A stretch of DNA of 64,000 nucleotides from Eledone cirrhosa (GCA_964016885.1 OZ024742.1:16864001-16928000); one strand, 5' to 3'. Numbered from the stretch's first letter, positions 27,971 to 40,816 are shown. Notes: generated from the letters alone by a model not told the origin. A program made the numbers and translations.

Positions 27971-29542
27971 TCTTAAATAAAATCATGTCTACACAGCTGA
28001 AGAGCAGACTGGAAAAGCGTGAAACGAAGTCCCTTGCTTAATAAAGAATACTATGTGCTGTCGGTTGCGAGATCGAACTCGTTGCTTTACGATTGTAAGA
28101 CCATCAACCTTATGATCAGATCGCTTATTACTTCGATAGCTTTGACAAGGTCACAGTTTAAACATTCAAATATTCATTATACACAAACACATCACATATA
28201 CTTTCATACACACCCCTATTATGTTGTGTTTCTGAATGAAAGAAATGTAGATTTTGTCGGCACATCGTGATGTTAAGGTTAACCCCTGCAAGGGGGCCCA
28301 ATTCAACATTTGAAAAATACTTTGGATGGGGACGATTGGGATGCCGTCAAAAAGAGGATACTCGTTCGGACGACACTCTCAAACATGTATTGAGTGCCTT
28401 TTTGAATCCATTCATTTCATATAATAAACTATTACAGTATTTGTTTTCTAAAAAAAGTGATATATTTTTTTCTCTAATATTGTGTATTTATGTAGGGTTC
28501 ATATTTAATGTAATATTTGTTTGAGCAATTTAGAAAAGATTTATCACTTTAGAGATTTCAGAGTTTCTTTCGTACATAGTGACGGCTTATATCGTATCTT
28601 TATGGCGCCCGCCGTGAAGAAAATATTTATGTATGATGACCTGACATTGATCAACCTACAATCAAGCCACAGCTACTCCACCTTATTTTCTGGCACATCA
28701 TATTCATGATTACGTTATCTTGTATACATATCCATCTTTAATACGGAACAATAGAATTTAAAGGAAATCTGGGTACATTTTCAGTAATCTGATCGATTGC
28801 ATGGCGAATCTTTCATTAATCTGAGAGAGAAGTGAGGTATGTTGATGTTACGAGTGAGAGAAAAGTGAAAAATGTTGACAATGAATTAATGGAAAAACAA
28901 AACGAAATTTATTGTATGGCATTTTACATTCCTTTCATTTATTCAGAATTGTTTTCAGAGTTAATTGAGATAAAACTAGTGAAGAAAATACAATTTACGT
29001 TTCTATAATGCGACCTAAAACTCCATCTATAAGTGAATGTGAATAATCTGATAGACCCTTGCTATTCTTTCCAGTTTATGTTCTTGAAATGAAACTTCCA
29101 CCCAACAGTATATGCCACTAAATTCAAAATAAAAATAGATCTCAGCCCCCAATGTTTTAATCATTCCTTCTTTATATTTGTTGCTTAGAGTTGATTCAAT
29201 GTGTTCGTTAAGATACAACGCATAAACCATAATGTTGGAGCCATTTGCAATAATGCATTCAGTTTGATGCACCAGCGTTATTGTCAATGTACTGCCATAT
29301 AGCTAAATATTAATTTACACAGGATGGTAAGGCTTCAATTAGGAAAGGAGGGGAACATAATCGATAATCGATGATGTAGACTTCAGTAATAAGGAGTGAA
29401 ACTATTTTATTGAACCTGGAACAATGAAAGGCAAAGCGAATTCTAAGGAATCGAAACTACGATGGTGTTTGACCATGGAAATATGTATTATACACGTTCT
29501 CTCTCTCTCTCTCTGTCTCACTCACTCTCTCTCTTACACACA

Positions 29543-29606
<64 letters not shown>

Positions 29607-29616
29607 TACACACACA

Positions 29617-30890
29617 TTGTGGCAAAGACCCTCAACAGGATGATTCTTAACAGGATCCAGCCTGAGAGGGAGAAGAAGCTCAGGGACAACCGGAACGGCT
29701 TCAGAGAGGGTAGATCAACCATCAGTCACATCCTGATGCTGAGGAGGATATTAGAGGGAGCTAGAGCAAAGTGCCTTCCTGCGGTCATGGTTTTCATTGA
29801 CTTTAGGAGGGCCTTTGATTCTGTGGACCGTTACTGCCTGATGAAGATCTTACAGGCTTATGGAATCCCCAAGAGGATAGTGGACCTGATATCACTGCTC
29901 TACACCAACACCAAAGCCCAAGTCATTACACCTGATGGGATGACAGAGTTCTTTGAGATACTGGCTGGACTGCTCCAGGGAGATACATTGGCTCCCTACC
30001 TTTTTATCATCGTAGTGGACTATTGTATGCGCCTTGCACTGGAGAAACACCAGGACTCTGGCTTTACTGTAGCACCGGCTCAGAGCAGGCGAGTTAGGGC
30101 GAAAAAGGTATCGGATGCTGAATTTGCCGACGACATAGTTTTGGTGACAAATACAGTGAAGGAGGCAGAGGATTTGTTGCGGGAGGTTGAGACTGTGTCG
30201 ATGAGTGTGGGGCTGAGAATGAATGAGACTAAAACAAAATATCTGGTACAGAATGTTGAGAAGCCAGAGGGGATCACTAATGTAGGCGGGAAGCCACTGG
30301 AATTGGTTGAGGACTTCCTGTATTTGGGAGCAAAGATTGGGAATACGGAAGATGATGTGGTTGAGAGGAAGAGCAAGGCCTGGGCGGCGTGTCACAGCTT
30401 GAGATCGGTGTGGAAGTCGGACCTTCGTAGAGACCTGAAAATCCGCCTCTTCATTGCTGTAGTGGAGTCTGTGCTGCTGTATGGGTCTGAGACTAGGACA
30501 CTGACCAAGAGACTCACTCAGATGGTGGATGGGTGCTACACGAGAATGCTGAGGATGGCTCTGAACATTAATCAGTATACACTGAGGATGAAAAACTCAG
30601 AGCTGTATGGGAGCATCCCAAAAGTCAGCTCAAAAGTGACACAGAGGAGACTGAGGTTGGCTGGACATGCTCACCGACATCCAGAGTTGATATTGCACTC
30701 AGTGCTCCTTTGGGAGCCCCTACATGGACACACTAGAAGAGGAAGACCAAGGTTAACATATGTTGATGCCCTAAGGACAGACACTGGTCTGTTGGAGATG
30801 CAGGATATGGCAGCGATAATGAGGGACAGAGACCGCTGGAGAGAACTCGTCCATGGATCTCGGTAATTTTACCCGCCTTAGATAGATAGA
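29617..30890 (+). mobile_element. 5'-truncated RTE-clade LINE with an open RT and C-terminal frame and a (TAGA)n tail
   Basis: IVAKTLNRMILNRI..NGFR..FIDFRRAFDSV..LQGDTLAPYLF..FADD..DFLYLG..DRDRWR; stop at 30866; the N-terminus of the 480-aa track ORF is read-through of (CT)/(CA) repeats. Confidence 0.92.
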
Positions 30891-30969
30891 TATATATAAT
30901 TATATATATATATATATAATTTATGTATATATATATATATGTATATATATATATGTATGATTTTTAAAG

Positions 30970-31055
30970 GGTCCGTCGAGCTGTCGATTATAAAGTCGGG
31001 TAAGATCGAATACAGATGGAACCTTGAGCTGATCAGTGGCGAAACGCACGTCACC
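30970..31055 (+). ncRNA. Degenerate hammerhead-like motif in a short PLE-type end
   Basis: GGT-CCGTCGA-GCTGTCGATT..GATCAGTGGC-GAAA-CGCACG-TC^-ACC, then AATAAA and (TA)n; two core mismatches. Confidence 0.4.
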
Positions 31056-31103
31056 TACCAATAAATGTAATGAAGGAGTAACAAATCGTCCTTGTTATCT
31101 TTT

Positions 31104-31143
<40 letters not shown>

Positions 31144-32225
31144 CGAAGGAAATGTGGTAAGGAACCAGGAACCAGGTGGACAATAACGCACCAAAGTACT
31201 CAATACTTAGGGTAGTAGAGTGGGTAATAGGAACGAGTAGGACTCCGACGGCTGAGCTCAAGCCGTTTCGACGGCTAATTCTGGACTAAATGAAAATTGT
31301 TATCCTGGTATTTGAATAGCCGAGCTTCTCAGGGGGTAATTCCATATATGGTAAAAGTGATTGTCACAAGGATTGGTCAAAAGTTTGTTGTTGAGACATA
31401 ATAATTCTATCATGGCAATTTGTGGAGGAAAGGGGTAGCTGAACCTGCCAGTAGAAGAAAGAGGGAGAGGGGTTGGAAGAAACCCAGTTGTGCGTTGATA
31501 GTGCCAACTACGGCTGGGCAGGAGGTCAAAGAAGATACTAGGGGCGACGAGGAAGTCGAAACAATAAGTAAAACAATATGGGGTAAATATATAGAAACAT
31601 ACCGGGAGTGTTATAAAACAATTAAGTGTAAAGAAAAAAACAATTTCTAGTTACTATAACCTAAGGACAGCTATCAAGTCTCTCACTGGTACTGCTAGAC
31701 GAAAGAAAGGTTTACTAAGTGGGACGGAATTATAATGAGACCCTTTTAAGAGGTATAAGTAAACAACCGAATATATCTTACGGTGACGGGTCAACAAGAG
31801 GGGGGCCAAAATACTAAAGAAACTACCACGAAATAATAAGTCAGAGTCGCGAGACCAGTACAAAATAAAGGTTTCTACCCCAGGCACAAGGCCAGCAACC
31901 ACCCCGTGCAAATAAAAACTAATACGAAATAATAATTCAGAATCCCGAAAAAGAATATTTATACTATCTCTAAGGGTGCCGCCACGCTACAAAAAATCTA
32001 GTGGAAACTACATAAATGCTCGTACGAAGTATATGTAAAATTTGATACGGAAAATTAATTCAGAATCCCCCCCCCCCCCAAATAAATACTGATATACGAG
32101 AAATTAAAGCATAGATACCACTAAGAAATATAGAAAGCACGGAAAAGGTGCGGCCATCGGATAAGAAGGCTAGTATCCGGGGTCTAACATATCTGCTATA
32201 AAAAGCGGAGTCGGCCAAATCTATC

Positions 32226-33594
32226 CTCGAATATCCGCTACTTACGGCTGCTTTGGACTTCGCCGAAACACTTGTGCCCATCACCGACCAGGAAAGAAAC
32301 ATCATCCTCCACGCCAGGAAGACAGTCTTACTCTTCGACAACTCCAAATGGATAAAGAGAGCTCCCGACTCATCCTTCGACGTTAGCATGGGCGCGACGG
32401 ATTCGGCTGAGGTCACAGATCTTATAGGATTATTCCTAATAGCCAAACTCACCGATTTGTTTCCTGCATTCGACAGTGGATTGTACCGTGATGATGGGCT
32501 CCTTACCCTTAAAGGGTACAACCCCAGTAGTACAGATCGGGTCCGTAAACAATTAATCAACTTCTTCCGCGACTGGGGATTTAAAATAACCCTACAAACG
32601 TACCTGATCCGAGTTAACTTCCTGGATGTTACCCTTGACCTCGATAATGATCTGTACTAACCATACAGGAAACCTAACGACAACCTGCACTACATCCACC
32701 GCCGGTCAAACCATCCTAGGAACATCACCAATAACCTGGTTAAAAACATCTCCTTCCGCATTTCTCGTTTGTCAGCTAATGAGCAGATATTCGAGGAACA
32801 TGCGCCTTGCTACAACCAGGCCCTCAAGCGGAGTGGTTTCCGGGAGGAAATATCCTACTGTCCAGCTTCCATTAGCGGAACCAGCAGGCGACACCACCGC
32901 TCACGCTCGTAACATGGTTCAATCCTCCCCACAACGCCGAGGTGACAACTCCTATCGGGAAAATCTTCTTTAGGCTCATTGAAAAACACTTCCCACTACA
33001 ACACCGCTACCACAACATAACAAAAATACCATCAAACTCTCCTACAGCACCACACCAAACTTTGCACAAAACATCGTCTCCTCTAACAACAATAAACTCA
33101 ACCCCCATGGAAGAAATAACCGAAATAACAGTGGAGAGCCGACCAGGAGGTGCAACTGTCCTGATGGATCCATTTGCTCCCTCGACAACAGATGCAGAGA
33201 TCGTAATGTGATCTACCAGTGCAACGTGAGCACGGACACCTCCAACAAAGCTTATATAGGATTAACCGCATGTGACTTCAAGACCCGGCTATACCAACAC
33301 AGACATACCTTCCGAAACCCGGCCCGGCGTCACACCACTACACTTTCGGGCCACATATGGGACCTCAAGGATAACAATATTACCTATGATCTCACTTGGA
33401 GCTTACTGTCCACAGCCAACTCTTACACGGGAGGACGCCGTCCGTGCAATTTATGCTCGGAGGAAACTTTACAAATGCTTTTCTCGACGGACCAACTCCT
33501 AAACAAGAAAGATGAACTGGTAACTGCATGTAAACACAGACTGCGTAGGACTTACTTCGCCCTCAAACCCCATAATGACCCCTGGGTAGACTAG
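32226..33594 (+). pseudogene. PLE RT 3' half + CxCx5Cx5C linker + GIY-YIG endonuclease
   Basis: FDVSMGATDSAEVTDLIG; GLYRDDGL; VNFLDVTLDL; SNHP; CNCPDGSICSLDNRC; VIYQCNV..AYIG..FKTRLYQH; CNLCSEE..CKH. Confidence 0.92.
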
Positions 33595-34727
33595 GGCTAT
33601 AACACCCCACTTGCCGATTTTGTATCGCGTAACCCCTGCTTGCAAAGGTAGACCTAATATCTTCTTCTATATCCTTTTATCACTTCCTCTATATTTCCTT
33701 CTTCCCCCCATCCCTCCCTAGTCCTTCCACCCCAGTCCTCTTTCTTTGTCGTCGTCCTTTTACTTTCTCGCCCACCCGAGGCAGCCCCTCGGTCCCTTGT
33801 AGCCTCAGTACCACCACTTCCTTCCCCTAATCTAAGATAGATTTGGCCGACTCCGCTTTTTATAGCAGATGTGTTAGACCCCGGATACTAGCCTTCTTAT
33901 CCGATGGCCGCACCTTTTCCGTTGTTTCTATATTTCTTAGTGTTATCTTTGCTTTAATTTCTCGTATATCAGTATTTTTTTTTGGGGGGGGGGGGGGTTC
34001 TGAATTAATTTTCCGTATCAAATTTTACATATACTTCGTACGAGCATTTATGTAGTTTCCACTAGAATTTTTGTAGCGTGGCGGCACCCTCAGAGATAGT
34101 ATTAGTATTCTTTTTCGGGATTCTGAATTATTATTTCGTATTAGTTTTTTTTTTTTGCACTGGGTGGTTGCTGGCCTTGTGCCTGGGGTAGAAACCTTTA
34201 TTTCGTACTGGTCTCGGGACTCTGATTTATTATTTCGTGGTAGTTTCTTTAGTATTTTGGCCCCCCTCTTGTTGACCCGTCACCGTAAGATATATTCGGT
34301 TGTTTACTTATACCTCTTAAAAGGGTCTCATTATAATTCCGTCCCACCTAGTAAGCCTTTCTTTAGTCTAGCAGTACCAGTGAGAGACTTGATAGCTGTC
34401 CTTAGGTTATAGTAACCAGAAATTGTTTTTTCTTTACACTTAATTGTTTTTTAACACTCCCGGTATTTTTCTATATATTTACCCCATATTGTTTTACTTA
34501 TTGTTTCGACTTCCTCGTCGCGCCTAGTATCTTCTTTGACCTCCTGCCCAGCCGTAGTTGGCACTAGCAACGCACGACTGGGTTTCTTCCACACCATCTC
34601 CCTCTTTCTTCTACTGGAAGGTTCAGCTACCCCTTCCCTCCACAAATTGCCATGATAGAATTATTATGTCTCAACAACAAACTTTTGACCAATCCTTGTG
34701 ACAATCACTTTTACCATATATGGAATT

Positions 34728-34823
34728 ACCCCCTGAGAAGCACGGCTATTCAAATACCAGGATAAAAATTTTCATTTAGTCCAGAATTAGCCGTCGAAAC
34801 GGCTTGAGCTCAGCCGTCGGAGT
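34728..34823 (+). ncRNA. Hammerhead-like motif with variant core CTGAGAA (mirror copy at 31242-31337, - strand)
   Basis: ACCCC-CTGAGAA-GCACGGCTA..TAGCCGTC-GAAA-CGGCTTGAGCTCAGCCG-TC^-GGAGT; three stems form, but G8 is A. Confidence 0.55.
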
Positions 34824-34850
34824 CCTACTCGTTCCTATATATATATATAT

Positions 34851-35950
34851 ATATGAATAAAGTTAGTCCTTCATCAGTGATCTTCCAACCATCATTGGTA
34901 TTTCATCGCTTTAAAGACCATATACGTCCGGTTGGTGCGAGCAACGGCTAAAAAAAGTCGTTGGGACACGTAAATAAAGGGGACACGAGAGTGTAAACAA
35001 ACAAAGATGGTGAAACAACGAAAAGTGAGGAAGAAGTAATCAAGTCCCAAATTTCCATGAATATAAGTTCGGTGAAATCATGAACGAGAGAGAATAAAGA
35101 CCATCAAACCTGGTTGGAATGTGAGCAAGGAAGGAATTCCGTATAGGTCTAACGGGAGGAAGAAGGAATCTAGTCTGTGAATTCGGTAAACATAAGTTCT
35201 GTGAAATCGTAGACGAGAGAGAGAGAAAAAAAAGGAGACCTGCCTGACCAAGGGTGCGAAAGAAAAGAATTACGCACAGGTCAAACGGGAAGAAGGAGGA
35301 GGAGGAGAGGTAGTAACAGATAGTGAGTGAGTGAAGGGTGAGGAATAGGCTAACAGAGAGAGTGACTGCTAGAGAGGGTAAAGATACAGAGAAAGAGGCA
35401 GCAGTAAGAACGAAATAGACGGGTCACAACGAGGGAAAAAATATGTGTAAATATGAGAATAAACGTGTTGCGTGGTTGCTAATGGGTTACATATGAATAA
35501 AGTTAGTCCTTCATCAGTGATCTTCCAACCATCATTGGTCTCTCTCGTCTACGATTTCACAGAACTTATGTTTACCGAATTCACAGACTAGATTCCTTCT
35601 TCCTCCCGTTAGACCTGTACGGAATTCCTTCCTTGCTCACATTCCAACCAGGTTTGTATGGTCTTTATTCTCTCTCGTTCTCGATTTCACCGAACTTATA
35701 TTCATGGAAATTTGGGACTTGATTCTTTCTTCCTCATTTTTCGTTGCTTCACCATCTTTGTTTGTTTACACTCTCGTGTCCCCTTTATTTAAGTGTCCCA
35801 ACGACTTTTTTTAGCCGTTGCTCGCACCAACCGGAGGTATATGGTCTTTAAAGCGATGAAATACCAATTCTGGTTGGAAGATCACTGATGAAGGACTAAC
35901 TTTATTCATATGTAACCCATTAGCAACCATGCAGCACGTTTATTCTTATA
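34851..35950. repeat. Tandem-plus-inverted non-coding repeat (~640-bp unit)
   Basis: ATATGAATAAAGTTAGTCC at 34851 and 35491; 35540-35945 is an inverted copy that reads through the unit junction. Confidence 0.8.
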
Positions 35951-35979
35951 TAAATATAGGAAAAAGTTCAAGATCCCGC

Positions 35980-36075
35980 GGGCAGAGCTGAGCCGTTTCG
36001 ACGGCTATTTCTGGACTGAGTATTGAGTCCTCTGGTGTGTTATGGTCCACCTGGTTACTTACCACACTTCCTTCG

Positions 36076-36078
<3 letters not shown>
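35980..36078. mobile_element. Rearranged family-2 PLE terminal fragment
   Basis: Inverted hammerhead half joined to a direct AGTATTGAGT..CTTACCACACTTCCTTCGT-(TA)n. Confidence 0.7.
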
Positions 36079-36132
<54 letters not shown>

Positions 36133-36480
36133 TGTATATATACATATATAAACTTCTATGTAATCTTATATATTTGCTATATGATAAATTTATAAAGAAC
36201 TGTAACTGAATTCCTCAAGCCATTTTATACGATGACTTACCAATTCTGCCAATATATCGGCCCCTTACAGGTAAATATCGATCTCTCATCATACCAATAT
36301 TTTAAAGAAGGAGCCTAAACGATAAAAAATAACTTCAGGTGACTTCTTTTGTATTGACCTCAAAAGAAGTAAAAGTGATATCAACCAATATCAACTGGAA
36401 ATAAAGATATAAGAATTTAAATAATTGACATCTCATCTGGAATATATCTACTAACTCACCACCCAATCATTATCCGAAAA

Positions 36481-36690
36481 TCTTCTTCTTCTTCTTCTTC
36501 TTCTTCTTCTTCTTCTTCTTCTTCTTCTTCTTCTTCTTCTTCTTCTTCTTCTTCTTCTTCTTCTTCTTCTTCTTCTTCTTCTTCTTCTTCTTCTTCTTCT
36601 TCTTCATGAGAGAGTCCTCAAACATTCCTTCTATTGGGTTTCTGTCAGAAGCAGCCATTTCCAACTGATCCGGCTGGATCCTCAAGTGAG
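36481..36690 (-). repeat. (AAG)n tract with an adjacent short LINE-like 3' remnant
   Basis: (TTC)n at 36481-36605; upstream on the - strand reads QLEMAASDR, like an RTE C-terminus. Confidence 0.55.
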
Positions 36691-37278
36691 ACTAGCTAAG
36701 TTCATGGATGTTATCCAACGGACCTGCTCGGGCCTGCCCCTGGGTCTCCGGTCGGTTGGTTTTGCCCGATGGCCAAAATTACGTATACAAATTCAAATAG
36801 ATAGAATTTAAATCCTGTAATATGACTAGACTGTCCCTGCAATACCTGCTGCTCCACCCATCGTTTGGTTGGGAAATAATTCATTGGTATACTAAACTTT
36901 TCTGTGATTGTTTCAGACATAACTGTCCAAAAAAAGTATCACTTATAATTATATAAACTACTAATTCGAGTTCAATAGATACAAATCATAAAAGCATAGT
37001 TATAAAACCACATTTCAGCGGAGGCAATAACGTGTGAACAATAGAAACATAATTATAGTTCCAGTTGTGACATTAAGTTTGTTCACACAATCGGGATCTG
37101 AATATTTCAGCAATAAGAACACGTTGTTTATCTCATCACGATACCCACAGTATTGGTTCAGGTGCAATTTTAAGGAAGGAATATGAGGAACTAAAAATCT
37201 TATTAATTACACTGACTCATTAATTGCTAATTAAATTAATTAGTGCCAAATTCCTTAGCTTATATTTTATTAGTGCAA

Positions 37279-37506
37279 TTAACCCTTTAGCATTTAAACC
37301 AGCCATATCCGGCCAGAATTCTCTCACCTCTTTCTGTTCAAGCCGGCTGTAACTGGCCACTCATACTGACATTAAGGTATTGTTCTCAAAATAAATAACA
37401 TTGAAATCTCATAGATTCGATATTATGTAAGATAATTGTGTGAGATAAAGCCTTTACGGCGAAAATACAATAGTATATATAGAGTAATGTAAATGTTAAG
37501 GGTTAA
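37279..37506 (+). mobile_element. piggyBac-type MITE
   Basis: TTAA-CCCTTTAGCATTTA ... TAAATGTTAAGGG-TTAA. Confidence 0.8.
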
Positions 37507-37864
37507 GACGATGCTGTGAAAGCAACAGGGATCCTGAAGGACACATGTCTTGCTGTTGGAATATATTTAGAAGACAATTCAAATAAGAGTTGTTAATAGC
37601 ACCAACCTGTCAGAGTAAGCTAGTGTACAAGGAAAAGGCAATCAGTTATCTACACTCTACGTATTGATGATAAAGCCAGGTGTAACATGAAACTAAATAA
37701 AGATACTGACCTTATCACCGAAAATAAAACAATGGCGCAAACATATAAACACATTCCGAATGCAAAACAATTACGATATGCTCCGAGGTGATCTTTTCAC
37801 GTCCACCCCAAGTCGAATTAATTAACTGACCTAAAAAAATACGGTCGTGAATACAAGCGGTCTA

Positions 37865-37984
37865 AAGAAGAAGAAGAAGAAGAAGAAGAAGAAGAAGAAG
37901 AAGAAGAAGAAGAAGAAGAAGAAGAAGAAGAAGAAGAAGAAGAAGAAGAAGAAGAAGAAGAAGAAGAAGAAGAAGAAGAAGAAG
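37865..37984 (+). repeat. (GAA)n microsatellite
   Basis: Direct reading. Confidence 0.95.
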
Positions 37985-38758
37985 ATCTATTATATTAGTA
38001 AAATAGAAGAGATTGTCGACAGTTGAACTTAGTTTATATAAAATATTCTATTCTCATATGAACAATAACTATTCATACTCGAGTTATGGGACTTTGGAAT
38101 CTTCTAATATGTTTAAGAAAGTTCAAAAGTGTTCGGTAAGAATGTAACACAATGTGAAGATTTGTTTATGTTAATATGATACATAGAATTGTAAATTCAT
38201 TGTCTCTTATGGAAAGTACTGCCTACAGGTAACTGAAAAATCTTACAGCTGCAGCTTTTGTTTTCACAATAATATATTTGAAGATGCAACACATTGAGAG
38301 AAATCCTTGGCCAACAATTGTAAACTCGGTTCCAAAATGTCTCAGATGTCTTTATATATTATTATCACTTGCAGCATAGTTCTAAACACAATTCAACACA
38401 AAGTTTTGCCTGACGGTAACACAATTCCACAAAAGGTAGGATTTTATGATACGATTACCGATGTTTCTACGGTTTAAATTTGTCAATTCTTATTCAATGA
38501 ATTTTAAATAGATATTGAATTATAGAGCTAAAGCTGGCTTATAGGATATTATCAACTCTCAGGAATTTATATGGTTTACCGAATATATATATTGAAAGAC
38601 TCTGCTACTGCTAGTTATAAATATTAATCTATTGCTTTCAAGGATTTTATTCTCTTTTCGTGAAAGATTTTCTCTAAACGAATCCGTTTTATGAATGTAT
38701 TTATCCATAAAATTACGGTCATTTAAGAAGTTTTCTTTCAAAATTGAACCTATGGTTA

Positions 38759-38866
38759 ATAGGAACGAGGTCCTACTCGTTCCTATTACCCACTCTACTA
38801 CCCTAAGTATTGAGTACTTTGGTGCGTTATGGTCCATCTGGTTTCTTACCACATTTCCTTCGTTAT
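38759..38866 (+). mobile_element. Family-2 PLE terminal fragment starting just 3' of the hammerhead cleavage site
   Basis: 12-bp fold-back AATAGGAACGAG + GTCCTACTCGTTCCTATT..CCTTCGT-(TA)n. Confidence 0.75.
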
Positions 38867-38880
38867 ATATATATATAAAC

Positions 38881-39082
38881 TGATATCAAATAAATGGAAA
38901 CTAAATTTATAAAACCATATTTATTCTATTATATATATAATAGAATAAATATGGTTTTATAAATATATTTTCCATTTATTTAATATCATTGAATATTTAC
39001 TCCAGAAAATTTGTCGAGTGCTCTAAATCAGTTATAAACATTTATATTTGTTGAATTTCCTACAAATTAAATATCGCTTCTG

Positions 39083-39086
<4 letters not shown>
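38881..39086 (+). mobile_element. Family-1 PLE terminal fragment with a fold-back centred on hammerhead stem III
   Basis: Palindrome 38881-38988 centred on CTATTATATATATAATAG; the remainder matches the reverse complement of 22906-23050. Confidence 0.75.
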
Positions 39087-39137
<51 letters not shown>

Positions 39138-39335
39138 GTGAGATTTTTTTTACAAAATGAAAAATAACCGAGGTGTCCTACACGAGTGAAAAGTATAAAG
39201 AAAAAAAAGATGAAATCGAAAATGCAACTGGAGTCTTATTTTTTTAAAACATATATATATTTATTTGGTTCCTTTACCGGTTTCGCAGTTCTTCTGCTTT
39301 TCAAAAGTAGAGTTGAGATGGTCTGTGGTTTTTCT

Positions 39336-39389
<54 letters not shown>

Positions 39390-39391
<2 letters not shown>

Positions 39392-39620
39392 AAATTTCTA
39401 TTTAAATTGTTGGGATACAACAAGCAAATATTTGTATAACTGATATAAAGCACTCAACAAATATTTGGAGTAAAAATACGATATTAACAAATGGAAACTA
39501 TATTTATAAAACCATATTTATTTCATTATACATATTTCAAGGACACCAAGTTAAATCATGGTGTGCTTTCATCAGACAAAATATAGATCAGTTTTATAAA
39601 TAAATATTGACATACCCTTA
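39390..39620 (-). mobile_element. Solo family-1-like PLE pseudo-LTR end
   Basis: Homologous to 6900-7152 and 19260-19600. Confidence 0.7.
39519..39583 (-). ncRNA. Type-I minimal hammerhead ribozyme
   Basis: Reverse complement: TATTTTGT-CTGATGA-AAGCACACCA..TGGTGTCCTT-GAAA-TATGTA-TA^-ATGAAATA. Confidence 0.75.
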
Positions 39621-39933
39621 AAAAATGCAACCATTACTGTTGGAAGCTCCATGAGCATCTTGTTTCTGTGTGTGACACACACAGAAACAAGATGGCGTAG
39701 GACAGAACAAAGGAGAGGCACAAAAACAAAGAAAAGAATCCCCAGTCACTGAAGAGGTCACAGAATGTGTGACGAAAGAACTTTGACAATATACAAACAA
39801 CCATCTAGTTGTGGAACCAACCAACCAACCGGAAATTTATAAATTCCTAAATGTATAAATTTATTATAATAAATTGAAGTGAAAGCAACTGGTGCGTGTA
39901 TTTCTTATTGGCAACATGACCCTCCCAAAGTAT

Positions 39934-40487
<554 letters not shown>

Positions 40488-40816
40488 TACAACACAACCC
40501 CCTCCATATATATGTTGTATCTATATATATATGTTTATCTATCTAACCCTAATTAATTATTGGCATTTTTTATCAAACAGTCGGGTACAAGATTTCAATA
40601 ACTGTATTTTTGTATTCAGAAAACAAGAAGTATATACACCAAAATCTTAATATATATTACCTTATATAATCTGAACATTTGCGACTGTCTTTAACTTGCC
40701 TCAAAATATCTTGTATTGTCACAGGTCAAAATACAGCTGCATTCCTGGCGTGAAGAACTCCTTACCTCTTCGTGAACTATTCAAGAAATCATAAATATTA
40801 CTAATATATACGATTA

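Larger units (their letters stand above)
31141..34838 (+). mobile_element. 5'-truncated PLE (family 2) with a ~1-kb inverted pseudo-LTR
   Basis: 31228-32225 is the reverse complement of 33836-34838; coding remnant lies between; (TA)n on both sides. Confidence 0.9.

Noticed and set aside
29027-29287. 86-aa minus-strand ORF as a host exon
   Set aside because: No recognisable motif or supporting splice structure.
35870-35945. CTGATGA as a hammerhead core
   Set aside because: No downstream stem II plus GAAA/UH geometry could be built.
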